Positions 13,081 to 27,300 of a DNA stretch of 64,000 nt are shown here, in pieces (position 1 is the first letter of the stretch; each line of letters starts with the position of its first letter). The position numbers and the translations under genes are program-made. Under the pieces are notes generated by a model. The model was not told the DNA's origin, searched no databases, and saw only the letters and a list, made by a program, of their open reading frames with translations. Location: assembly GCF_964355755.1 (NCBI RefSeq), contig NC_092674.1, positions 26,102,001 to 26,166,000 of the forward strand, read 5' to 3'. The DNA is from Antedon mediterranea (Eukaryota > Animalia > Echinodermata).

Positions 13081-13293
13081 AGGCCAATTTACCGTCAAAC
13101 GAGCGGTAAAGGTAAGCGGAAAACCGCGTGCTTTGTCCTACGTGGAATCTGTATCTATCCTGGTTTTCGCTCAACCGCTCGTCCAATCCACGTTTTGTGT
13201 AAATGGTGGTATGCAGTGAATACCATACAGATTCTATGTTTTTTGTTTTCCGCTCACCGTTTACCGTTACCGCTCGTCTTTGTCAATTGGCCC
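13081..13293. mobile_element. Harbinger-like MITE
   Basis: Imperfect TIR GGCCAATT..ACGAGCGGTAA.GGTAA / TTACCGTTACCGCTCGT..AATTGGCC; TAA on both sides (13078-13080, 13294-13296). Confidence 0.7.
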
Positions 13294-15318
13294 TAAAGAT
13301 CGACCAACAAAAACGCCGCGCCGCTTATCGATTTAGTCCGATGCCTATTTTCAAAACGCGAAAAATGCGTTTAATTTCGTATTAAAATATTATGTTAAAC
13401 AAAAAACAATATTTGTTAAATGGAGACCTTAACACGATATCTGTTCTTTTGAAAATCCCCGAAAACGGTTTTCTTCGAACCGGTTTTATAAAAAAAAAAC
13501 CCCCGTTGCATCTAAAAAAACACTTTTATTTGAATTTTACAATCGCTTCATTTAAACATACAGTTATCTAATGGGTAAATGGAGGTTCATATCTATAAAA
13601 TTGCAATTACAATTACAACAAATACATGTAAACTTACATATTATATTAAAACGGGTATATCGGACGGTGTCAGGCGATTGTTCTAATAAAAGGAGTAAAT
13701 ATATTAGTTTCGTCTCATAACTATCAGATTTAAACGTTTGAAGAAGTTTTCTTTAGGCCTAAACAACTCTATAGTATATTGTAATTGGAGAATTTCAACT
13801 CTTTAAAAATTTTCTTAACAAAATAAATGTAAACTTACCGTGAATTAAACCGGGTAACATATATAATGCGGATATATCTGAGTTATATCGGATGGTACGA
13901 TGATAGACGATTGTCTAAGCTAAGGTAAAATTCTTAACTTGTTTCTTTTGAAGCACCGTTCAACGAGAAATACCATTTAAAAACAAAGCAAATAATAGTC
14001 AAAACTACTTTGAGGCTTGAACGTTTCCACAAGTTTTGGCAACTTCTTGTATCGTTCCTGCTAAAAACAATTAAAAACGACATAAAGCAAACAATTAAAT
14101 CGTATATTTCATCAACCAGCGACGTCTTCTTTTAACCTTACTTCGCAGAATGACGTATAACGGATAATTCACCAACAATTATTCACAAAATATCATGGTA
14201 GAATTAGAAAAATTAAACTCAATCAGCCAAAACGCGAACATTCTTGAAAACAGCCAATCCGATTAATTCAAAGACATGACAACGGGTTCGAACAACCACC
14301 AACTTGGACACCACCTCAACGTACTTTTCGTTCGATAGTCGATGAAATAATTAGGTTTCCATTACCAGAAACCCTATTTAATATTTTCCAGTTCTTTATT
14401 TCTTTTTCAAAGTCATTTATTTCATAAAATATAATAACAACAAAAAAAGCCACTGTGTCGTAAAATGATGGATTTTGCAGACAACTGTATTAATATGACA
14501 ATTAAAGTGCTAAGTAGTACAGTACAAAACTTGTATACCTTTATTATCAAATTTATGACATAAATAAAAGAGTAACCTTCCGTAAATGATTAAATGTAAT
14601 CTTGATCGCGGCGGCGCTTACTCGACTGCGGCGTTTATTTTATATTTTTTTCTTGTAAAATTAATTAATAAGTAATTATTATTTTTAAAAATGTAATAAC
14701 TTGGAAAAAACCTTTTTCATCTACCAATGAAAAAGTCTTTACCAGAATTATTTTATCAGACATCATCATGTATACTGTACATGAATCCAAACTTCTTTTT
14801 TTCTTTCAAAAATCCTTTAGCATTGTTGAGACCCTTCTTGTTGTGTGATCACTTCTTGACTACACCTTGATCACTGCTTCTTTCAATACAGAATGTTTAC
14901 TTTTCTCAATTTGGGTTATTAACCAAAAATATTAAGGCCAAAGTCATTGTTCAGACAAACTTTAAATCCATTGGCGTTTTTCTGATTGTTGTTCGTGGCG
15001 AGTGTCCTTTTATTTGTAACTGCTCCTTTCGATGTAGAAGTTATGTGTCCCAACTTGGTTTACCTACTAAAACGTATTACTACCCTAGTCAATGTTCACA
15101 AAAACTTTCATAAAATATCCAGATTATATAATAAAATAAAAGATGTTATTGTTCATAACAAATCAAGATATTAACACATTGTGAACTTCAACCTTTGAGT
15201 TAACAATCTGTTCACACACAAACATCTAACCTTTAGAGCTTAATACAGGATAGATAAGAACCATTACGTGTGAACCAGGCCTAAGACATTAAAGTTGGAG
15301 AATGTTATTCATCTTCTC

Positions 15319-18300
15319 CTAGTATTTCTTCTTTCTGATAATTTCCGGTTTCCAATTAATCGGGTTGGATTCTTCAGTCTAAGTGAAAATAAAAATTAAT
15401 ATTAAAAATAATAGAAAAACAAACATAATAAATAAATTTTATTATAAAAACCAAAAAATATAGTAAAAAAATGAAATTCATTTTAAAATAAGCATTATAC
15501 AATACCAACAAAATATGCATGGAAAATTGACATCACAAAAGCTTATTAAAATTTGTATTCAAGATGTATTGTTCCCAAAAAAACAAAAATTTTGTAATTT
15601 TAATCAAGTTTATCCAAAAAAACAGTTTGTTTTTACTTTTACAATTTGACTATTTTCAGGTAATTCATTTATTCTCACAGATTTCCTCATCTTTACCACT
15701 TATAATTAATTAATTTTTAGTATATTACGTGCGGTTTAGAATTAATGTTCTGTACCGATGATGTTTATAATATATATTATATCAGCGGGCATGTATAAAA
15801 ACTACATTGCTAATAAAATAACTGTAGAGTGAATTACATTTCTTGGTGGAAGTCTACATGGCATCATGTGACATTTATGTTCCTCAGTAAAAATCAATAA
15901 ACACTTATGTTATGTGAAAATATCAAACAGAAAATATAATACTTTGAGAGCAAAACCAACTTAATTTACAAAAATAATGTAAATTTTCAATCATGAATAA
16001 ATTGCATATTTTCACATCCGATAAAAAATAAACTAATCTACTCTCCTTGTTAACCCGCTAATGATGAATAAGTGACTGTTGGTGATGGTTGATATAATAG
16101 TTAATTGGCAACGAATGAGTCACTTAGCACGGTCATATACCTAGTAGCTTATATAATATTGTACAATCTCTTTTATATGCGCACTCTTTAAAAATGTTTT
16201 ATAGGCATGCTATTAAAAGTATTAGTTGTATTTAGTTATAAACGGTTTGGTATAAAAGTATAGCTTGACAATGCATACGACTATTCAATATGGTTTAATC
16301 TCTTACTGCACTATATTGCCCAATTAATATTTTTTACAACATACTTGTTTTATAAGCATAATCGTTTATATACATGCCCGCTTCAAATAGTTTCATGTCA
16401 GAAAATGTTTAAATTTTTTTAATTTAAAATAAAAATGTTGGTATATGTAAAACTCATATGAAATAAATTTAAAAGCATAGAGGGTGAAATCCAATAGATA
16501 CTAAATCTAAAAAATTGTGTTCAACGCTGGAAACATTCCCGTACAATATGGTTGCCAAAAACCAGTCATGAACAGCTCAGCCATGTACCACTATGCACAG
16601 CAAGCCTATGCATGACATGACATATTTTAAATATTCTTCATTTGTACAGTGCATAGGCAGATCTAACCAAGGCCCAACAATCCAGGCCCTCACTAAATTC
16701 CGGATATTCAAATATAGGACATTAGGTAAAGAGAAAAACTTAATTTCACAATTGCTAGGCCTCCCGGTGACCCCTATTTCAAAATCCTTTTGTCAACACT
16801 GCCGTGTGTGTTAGTGTTAGAAATTAGAAATATATATTTATTAAATCATTATATAATAAAATTATTTCTAGTCATTATCCAAAGTCTGTTGACGAGCTAT
16901 TGCGAATGCAAATTTGGAATAATGAAGTAATAAGAATAGGCAACGAATGTATAAGATATGGAAATTGGGAAAAAGCAGGTATTTTGTTTGTTAATGGTTT
17001 GCTTAACAGCAATGAGCAATTTATGAATAAAAAAGAAGTTGAAGATACCTATGGTATTAAGATAAATTATATAAAATTAATAGGATTAAGAAGGCTTCTT
17101 ATGGAAAAATTTAACAATTTAATGATATGTGAAATTAAAAAAAAAGTTTTGCCAGATATTCTGGATCTGGATCTGGATGAATACTGGCGAAGGACCACAT
17201 GGGTATATGCGCCAGGGGGTGCGTTTCTCGGTGTGCAAACATCATACCTAACTTTGTTTTTTTTTATTTTATTTTTTTATTTATTAACTTCACAAAACTG
17301 ACCAAACAATGACGAAAAAACAAACAAACAAATATTCCTTTTCATATAAAAGTACTCTTTCAACAAAGAAAGGGATGTCGTATTTTTTATGATGTTTTAA
17401 ATAACTCAATGTTTAAATCATGGAAAGCACAAAAGAAATGGGCAGAAAATAAATTTGTATTCAATAACGAACAATGGAAAACAATCTACCTAGCTCCACA
17501 TACGTGTACAATGAATATTGTTTTAATATATTTTCAATATAAAATTGTAAATAGAATAATTGCAACAAATGAACAATTATTTAAAATGAATATAAAAGAA
17601 ACTTCAATGTGCTCATTTGGAGATGGTCAAATCGAAACCATTCAGCATTTGTTCTGTAATTGTCCAATAGTAAAAAGGATATGGAACCTCCTCCAGAAAA
17701 AAATTTCAGAAAAAACTGGAGTGCAATTAATATTTCGTAAAGAGAGCATAATTTTCGGATACCAAGATGCGCATCAGTTTTTCAATTTAAAAGCCATTAA
17801 TGCAATTATTCTAATTGTAAAAGCATTTATTTATAAATGTAAACTAGGTAAATGTAAGCCAACTATCAAAATGGTTATGAACGAGTTAAAAAGGTTTTAT
17901 GAAACGGAAAAATTTATTTATCATCAGAATTTTGAGAACAGTATTTTTAATAGAAAATGGATAAAATTAGAAGCATTTATAAATCAAATATGAAATTGTT
18001 AGAGATTAGAATAATTTGTATGAACCTTTATTTAAATTGTTAGATGGATATCTTTGTTGTTTTTGTTTGCTTTTAATTTTAATTAATTTTTTATTTGATT
18101 ATGTTTTTCCTTTGTAATGTATTATATGATGAAATAAAAAAAAAAAAAAAAAAAAAAATTATATAATAAAAATTTAAAAAAATTTCACATACAATCAAAA
18201 TTTAAACAAAAGCATTGTGAAAAAACTAATAAAATCAAATGTTTTTCATTCATTATAAAAAATAAAACAAAAATAAAAACAGAATTACAGAAAACAATTT

Positions 18301-21300
18301 TTCTTAGTAGGTAAAATAAACATTAAACAACCTACAACAGTACTGTAAAATATATTATATAACTCACGGCTGTCTCATCCTCCTTATAAATCTTAATCGT
18401 TTTGTCAGCTTCCGCGGTAATCAAGCGACTACCACTTTTATCAAAGCTGCACGCAAAGATTCCAGATTCGCTGTCTAGCGAGCCTGGCTGAGCCAGCGCC
18501 TGCATTCGTTGAAAGTTGTAACCAGTTCTCCAGTCCCAGAAAAACATTGATCCATTATCACCTAATAACAAAATAAAATTACTGAAACATGTGGTGCCAT
18601 GCCATGGAGAGATATTCAGTAAGTGTCTGAGCAGTTAAGACAGTGTAGCCAAAATTACGGCAGCCATAACATACAGTCGGCAAGGATTCGAGGCTCACTC
18701 GCTCAATGGTTTTGGTGGTGGAGATTTCCAGGTTCACATATCTCTAAATGTGTGGCACCATTGAATTTATACACACATTTTTTATTGAAACAGCCATACT
18801 TAAAAAAGGAGAGACTTTTTTGTGAGGCGAACTAGGGGAAATATATGTACTATCAAGCCATATTATAATAAATGTTATGTCTTGAAAGTGCCCCCTTAAT
18901 AGGATTATAAAAAAATTGTAAATAAGAATTTATGTAAATCTATGTAAAATTATGTCTGACCTCCAGAAACCATGACTCCATCAGGATTGACCGCCAGACA
19001 ATTGATGATAGCATTGTGTCCGTTTAAATTCTGCATAAAGTTGCCTTCTGGAAACTTCCATTGTTTAATGTTATCAGGAGAAGCTGATGCCATCATATAC
19101 CTTGAAATAAATATGCAAATATGTTATTTGCATAAATACATATTCATTTGCATAAAAACATTACCTTAATACAGTATACATTGTAACAGAGTTTATTTAC
19201 TTTCATATTATAAAGCCGTGAGAGGGCACTGTCATTTTTTTTTTAAACTAAAAATATAGACTTTAGTCCATAAAATGAATATTGATTTATAGACTAATAT
19301 ATAACACACTTGCACTGATGAAGGGCTAGTGTTGGCCGAAAGCTCTGCTAATTTTTATGGCTGTTTTACTTTATCGTTTTGATTTCGCTTTTTGCTTATT
19401 TTATTTTGTATCTCCATTGAGATCCAGTCACTGATATCCACAGCATTGTCATTTTTTTCAGTAATTTGCCTTTGGATCTATTATATAACACATAAAGAAA
19501 TTCCTGTCATTTGATTGGACGATTGTGTGTGTCATATAGCATGCAATAGTATGTACTATTTAACGATATCCTGAGCGTTACTTACAATTTAGGATGGAGT
19601 GCAAGAGCTCGGACACTCTTCTTGTGATTAGTGAGAGTAGCTCTTGACTTGCCAGCAGCCAAGTCCCACAAACGTATCGTAGAATCATGACTTCCACTAA
19701 TGACCTGTAAGAAACATTTTAAAGGTGAAAGGTTAAAGTACTATAAATTACACAAGAGAATGTAATTTTAATTCGAGTGCCAGAGTTGTTAAGGAGCATT
19801 TCAAATCACATTTACAATATCGGCACAGATTCAATGAATTTAACATCATCTAACAATGTGTGCGAATGCAGGCTTAATTATTGTACATTTACCTGAGGTT
19901 CTGCTCCCTGATATTTAACATCATCTACCTATTTGTGTGTGAATGCATGCTTATTTAATGTACATTTACCTGAGGTTCTGCTCCCTGACATTTAACATCA
20001 GCGACTGTATTTGTGTGTCCTGTTAGTGTGTGAATGCAGGCTTTGGTCCGCATGTCCCACACTCTGATTGTAGCATCACGTCCACACGTACAGAGAACGT
20101 CTATTGTGGGATGAAGGTCCATGGCGTAACATGCACTTAAATGTCCATGGTAGTGACGAATAACCTTATTCTGTTCCAAATCCCAGCATTTTACCATTTT
20201 ATCCTCACCACAAGAGAAGAGATACGGTTGCCGCTCACTGACTGCCAATCCTCTAACGGAACTCACATGGCCAGTGAGAGATAACTTTAACTTGCCTGAT
20301 GCCTACGACGATACCACATTATTACAAATAGAAAAAAGTTAGTTAATAATTTACCTTATTATTAATCATTTTCTGTTGCTATTTATATTACAAATGCTGT
20401 TTTTTTTAATTTTAGATACAATTTGTCTCTTTATTTATAATAGTAAGTTCTTGATTTAAGTAAAAGATGTATTGTCCAGCTGAAAAAATAATTGTTTGTT
20501 AAATATGCCATTTTAATGTCACATAATAGTTACTCACTTTTACCAAATATTTGATCAAAAAAACATTATTAAACAAAAAATGGTCAAATTTGTTGCCCTC
20601 CACCAATGGGTTTTTGGTTGAATTTATTCATTTGTTTTTTGTATTTTGTGTGAATTGAAACCTTTTTTTTTTCTGCAGAAATGATTAGATTAGATTATTA
20701 AAACTAAAAATTACCCTATTCATTTTACATGCTTTTGGGGGACAATACATCTTTAATGAACACCTATATTTAATATCTGTTCTTACCAAATCCCAGATTT
20801 TTATTAGTCTGTCCCCAGCTCCTGTAGCGAACCAAGTATTTGCTGGTTCAATAGCGATAGATCGTACCCATCCAAGATGTCCACTTATGACACGATACAA
20901 CTTCCATGGCGGATGCCATTTTGGCTTTGGCATTGTGGGTGCTTTTCTTGAAACCAATGCTTGCGAATTTTTTGTTCCAGAAACAGCAACAAGGGCCTAT
21001 GAATAAAACAACTATTTATTGAATTTTCAATAGCTACATAGGATAGTCTAATACTTTTGTCAATACAATATTATTTGATGATTTTAGTATTAAGGAATGT
21101 ATTGTAAGCATAGAGATATTATAGTGAACTCTATAATATCTCTATGTTGTAAGTAAAGTTAGCTTTCCAGAACCTTGCAACTCTATTTTTCAAAATGTTC
21201 ATAGCTCCACTCCAACCATGGTGGGCTGGTCCAGTCAAACAAACAAAATATTGAGAAAACTGGATTAAAATTCTCAACTCTCAGCAGACTTCTAGCACGG

Positions 21301-24300
21301 CATTCATACCTCTAAATCACTAGGTTGACTAGGCTTAGATTCACTTAAAAATGGAACTAATAAACATAACTCTCTGATAAAAAACTACTTCAAATTTGTT
21401 ACTATACTATCAAAATAAATATACCTTTGATGGACCCGTTCGTTCTGGTATGCCTGCTCTTCTCTGAATCTCAGCTACGCCAGCGGCAGTTCGTTGTTTG
21501 TCTAACCTGCAAGAAAGCCAAGTTAAATACAAATATTGAAAGACCTAAAGCTCTGTCTACACTATCAAACTGATGATGTGGCCATATATGGGTGTGATGA
21601 TGTCATATCACTACCATATTTGGTCACATCACACTTTATTTGGCAAACTAGTGTAGACAGAGCTAAATACAAAGGATAACCACCAGTGAAACCTATAATA
21701 TGAAAGGACGATAAACTCAAACTTACTGTGATTGTGATGGCGGTAATGACGCAAGTACTGAGTTTATACCTTCTGAGCTCAGCGCCCTCTGTTGTGCAGC
21801 TGTTTCTGCACTTAACCGTACACCTGTAAAAAAATGTAATAAAACAAACATTAGTATTATACAGTTTTGTTTGTTTGTTTTTTTTCGAATCCATACATCA
21901 TACATTTTTATAAAAGAGGTCGATACATAAATAACAGTCAAAAGATAAAACATCAGGAGAAAAACATAGGAGAAACATATGAAGATGAATAGATTCGGGA
22001 CAACCCAATTAATCCTAAATAAGAATTACTTTTCATTGGGGTCCGAATAAAGTATCGAAAAGCACAAAACAATAAAAAATGAAAAAGTATGAAAGAAAAA
22101 AAGACAAACTACTCAACTCTCCTAAAACAGGACTTAAAATAAAACTTGAGGTCCAAAAAGACAATCAGAATACACAAAACTTTCCAGAAAAACAACCAAA
22201 GGGTGTTCGGTATTGGGAGAGTTGGCTGTATGGATTCTCGGCTGTATTACAGTAGATAGAGACCACCAAATTGTATAAACATCGACAAGATATCTAAAAT
22301 ACAATATATTCAGAGACAAGCACCTGAAGAATGAGGTACAGCCTGTAGTGCATTTATTGAAATTTTAACTAGCGTCTTTGACTATTTATTTCAAAATAAC
22401 AATATTACCTGGTTCATTTGGAAATGGATGTCCAGTAGTTATCTGCGTTTCCAATTCAGATTCTGGTCCAGCTTCTAAAATGTTAAGATAAATAAAGGTA
22501 TAAAAATTGTAAAATGAAGTGCTGATCCTAACATGTTTTTATCTTATGAATTTTGCAATCTAGAAAAATGTTAATGTGTAAATAAGAAAAATTATTTTTA
22601 CCTTCTGGAATTATATTATCGTTTACTTGAGGCCTGACAGATTGAAATGAGCTGTCTCTGGTTGCCATCAATTGCTTTACTAAGCCATACTCATCTCTAG
22701 CTTTACAGCTTAGCTTGGTAAGTTCACTAATGGGAAATAAGAAGGTAAAACACTTGGTGTGTGATTTACGTATTTTACTGCACCGCAAAAAAAGGGTGAA
22801 AAATGTAAGCAGTGTGCATATGCTTATACACTGTAATGTTTTTTTCGATGGATTTTAGGCAATCAACAAATAATTTTTTCAATCATACAGTTATGCACTG
22901 TAGGCCAATCTTTTAAGAGTTAAGTCGTTATTAAAAAAATAAATCTTTTTACCTTGCTTCATTTAAATCTGGTGGCTGAATATTATCAGCGATAAACATA
23001 TCATGTGACCTCTTTAGTGAACGGAATACAAGAGTATGAACTGAATGTTTAGTCACTTCCGGCTGAAAAAAAACGTTTCGTAAAATTTTTAAAATTGAAG
23101 AGATGCAATCACGCCGGTGGTGTATATGTTATGCGCGATTTGAACGATTTGCGCAAGCAACGTATTAAATTGCGCAAGTAATCTGCAAATTGCGCAAGGT
23201 TTTTTTCGACAGATTGTGAAATCATGCACACCCATATTTTTATAGTAATTTCTAAGAATGATTCAAAATTAAAGATAATATCGCATTTCCTTATTTTTTG
23301 TAGTAGTGAAAATATTGTTATTGTTAGCATACGTCGAAGACCCGACAAAGGACCACAAAGGTGGTGTTCCCGGCGGGCAGGTGCACGGCGGGCGGCTAAT
23401 ACTACTCTAGCCTACTACTGGCTATGTTTTGATAGCAAGTCTAAACGTTGGTGGCGGTAGACTATGTTGTGTATTACTACATTAATTTTTTTTATTTTTA
23501 CATTTATTTTGATTTATTTTAAGTTACAATGAGTGATAATATTATTTAATTGTGTATGCCATTTATGTTGTGTATTATACACACGTTATCTTCGCATTAT
23601 TATGTTTCATTTTGAGTTATTAGTTTCGAATAAATTATTATTATTGTTATTGTTAACCGATCGTCGACGTTAGCACGCATTCTGGTAGAATTCTGCTGCG
23701 CAATTTGACAATTTTACAAATTGTGCAGCGCAATTTGAAATTGCGCAAGGATTTTCTTGCGCAATTTGATATTGCGCAAGTTAATATTGCGCAAGAAAAT
23801 CCGTGCGCAATTTGAAATTGCGCAAGAATTCTTTGCGCAATTTCAAATTGCGCAAGGAATTTTTTGCGCAATTTCAAATTGCGCAAATCGTTCAAATCGC
23901 GCATAACATATACAAAAAAAATTGTTTTCTTTCATTAATAAATTATATCAATGGATAGAATATATTAATATTTAATCAAGTTTCCACAGTACAGAGTAAG
24001 CAATCAATAAGGAAAAAGGAAAATAGAATTTAATACAAACAAATATTAAATCAAGAAAAAAAATGCATTAATTTACAAATTTATAAAAATACGTAAACAA
24101 AGTATTGCAAAACCGATTTCTGTACATTACGACAATAAGTTGATTAAATCCAAATGTATAATACACGATTGGAAGGTACTTTGCATAGCTAAGCCCTTAA
24201 GCCCGAGTAATAAGATGTTTACAGCCGGGGAAACGGGTCCGCCTAAAAACCGGAAAAAACCAAAAAAAAACGGAAAATACCAAAAAATACCGGAAAAAAA

Positions 24301-27300
24301 CAAAAAATACCGGAAAATACCAAAAAAAATGACTATTTACCAGAAAAAAAGACAGGAAATTACCGGAAAAAATTGTAGAATTGTGATATTTCACGAATAG
24401 AGGGCGCATTTATAAATAATATCGATTTTTCTGATTGCTGCCCTCTATACATTTATTTAATTGATTTTGAATGTGTATTTGTAACTGTACAATTAGAAAT
24501 AATAAAATGTCCATGTATTCACATAAAACTTCAGTATAAATATTATTTTATGCTTCGCATCTCTAAATGAAATGTTAAGGAATATCATTTCACAAATCCA
24601 ATGAAAGTAGTTGTTGATAACTTTCTTTTATTTGTTGCATAATAGGCTATATTATTGAAGTCTTAGATGTTTGAATGAGATGAGAAGGACCTCCACCGGT
24701 AGTCTACGGAATGTGGGCCGGCTATCCTTAATCCTATCCTAAAATCTTTGATTTGATACGAAATTGTAGGTCGTATTTCAAAATGTAATTGGCTGTTATT
24801 TATGATGACATTTAATTATGTATTATTCCTTTCAGTGGTGAAAAAAGGGAGCACCGAGGACAAGCGACAAGCTCATCCGAATCAGACGAAAGCATTGACA
24901 AGTCAAGACAACGCAAAGGGCACGAAAAGCTAGATGGTAAGAATAATTAAGCCAATGAGGTATTGATGTCATAATTTCATAAATAATACTGTAAACAATT
25001 TAACTCCACAAAACCCATTTAGGCCTAACTTGTTTAATTCAAAAACAGTTGCCCCTGAACACAGATAATTACTGTCATAATTACCAGTGCTTTTATATTT
25101 TTTTTGCTATTTTCGTCTGTTTAGAATCGTTGTCCTCCATGCCAGAAATAGAATCCGATGACATGACGTTCAAAGCGAAAAATGTGACGAAAGAAAACAA
25201 AACAAAAAGAAAACAAAAACAAAGAAAGGGTAAAAAAAATTAATATTTGAAATATAAACTTGAACAAATTTTCAAAATAATGTACAAGTAAAAATTCAGA
25301 ATTAATTGATTTAGATTGTTTGGGTTTCTCTTAGGTTCAAAATTCCGCAAAACGATTCCAACAGAAGCTTACGAATCATTGCCTCGTGCAAATAGGCCTA
25401 AGCTGGAAAAAGAGAAAGACAAGAAAACAAATTACAAGCAAAATCAACAACCAAAAGGTAAGAAACCGCATACTGTTAACAAGCGTTAAGCTTGTTTTCC
25501 TGTCGACGTAACGTTACGGCGAGTTGCGTTGAGTTGCGTTGAATTTTGAAAGCGTTTGATGACATAAAAACATTTCGTATAAGGTCAAAACCACACAAAA
25601 AAATCGTGAAACAGCGGCCCATTTACAACTATATTAAAAGTGTGGTCTTATTTTCTCTATGTAATTCAGGGTCGTTGTCCCCGATCATAATTTCATCGGA
25701 ATCAGACGAAGCACCGCTGCACACGGATTCAAAGCAGGAAAAACGGAAAACGGAGAGAGAACAAAAAAATGCAGAAACGAAAGGTGACTTACTTTTTCCT
25801 ACAAAATATTTTTCTCTTTTATCTACCTTGTTTACTTATACTCTAAATTATTAAATGTTTGCATACATTTTAAACGCATATCTTAAGCAATAAATAAGAA
25901 GTGGTAACAAAGTTATGTTCCAATGATAAACTCGACCGTTAGTAACAGTTATATTTCTTGTACAATAGGTGTACCATCGTCTAATGCAAAACAACTTAAC
26001 AATGAAGATGTATGTTCATCATCTGACACAGATTCAGTGCCAGAATTTTACTGGAAGGATGAACCAAAATGGACCGAAATTCCCACATCAATGGATGCTG
26101 AACCACCAAGGGCCGTATCGTCCTCTGACCCAGAGTCGATTGAAGATCAGCATTCACAGACACCAAACAGACAGGGAAACAAGCCGGAAAAGGAGAAAAG
26201 CAGGAAAACAAAGTACAAGAAAAATAAACAAACAAAAGGTAAGGTCAAACATGTTAAATAACACATCTTTTAATAAAAACTAAATAATCAGCCGAACCAA
26301 CGCTGCAGACGGAAATTTAAAAAACCCACAATAATACGGCAAAAGAAAAATAGATCAAAACAAAAATACAGAAACAGACGGCTACTTATTTCTCGACATT
26401 TTGTTTACAATTTTTCACCCATTAAGATTATTAAATGTTTTGCAAAAAAAGATGACGCCTGCCTAAATTAATTAATAAAAAGTAGCAAATCTCAAACAAT
26501 TGACGAAATCTTTGAACTTGTTTAATCCATTTCTTTTATTATAATAGGTGTACCATCGTCTAATGCAAAACAACATAAAAATGAAGATGTATGTTCATCA
26601 TCTGACCTAGATTCAGTGCCAGAATTTTACTGGAAGGATGAACAAAAATGGTCCGAAATTCCCACATCAATGGATGCTGAACCATGTAGGACGGTATCAT
26701 CCTCTGACCCAGAGTCGATTGAAGATTTCAAATGGAGGAATACATTCTACAGATCACATCCACCCTCGGTATCCTCGGACTTAGAGTCGCTTCAAGGACA
26801 GGGTATCAAATTGACAGGTAGATTTCTTGGAATCAGTCGCGTGAGACAAATTTTGGTACACACCCCAATTAGTGAAGTTGTCAATGAGGTTCCTTGTGGC
26901 ATAAAAGAAAACGTTGCATTTGTTGTAGACAATGGAGAAAACTTCGCACTCAGGGCAGATGGTAAACGCAGTATTTTTTACGATGACTGTGGTACTTGGC
27001 ATTCATCTCAAACTACAACACCTCGAACAATAATTGCTATGATGAATGGCGTTATGATAACTGTGGTTAAACGGGATGGTGTGTACTGTACAAAGGTAAA
27101 AGGTGCCTGGACACCAATGAACCCACAACCTGAAAACATAATGTTAGTGTGCCGATGTTACATGACTCTTAAACGTGACCCTTCTTTCCGAAAAAGGGTC
27201 ACGTGGATAGATAAATCTTTTCCCGACGAGTCAACAAATCTAGCGTTGGTGGAATACCTAGGCAAATTTCCTAAAACAAAGAGAAGTCACGGAAACAGAA

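Noticed and set aside
22320-22370. CTGAAGA...GAAA hammerhead-like or Penelope remnant
   Set aside because: Stems I-III cannot be formed convincingly.
24140-24409. Lys-rich/Phe-rich ORFs here and at 30289-30585
   Set aside because: They are translations of the MULE terminal inverted repeats.
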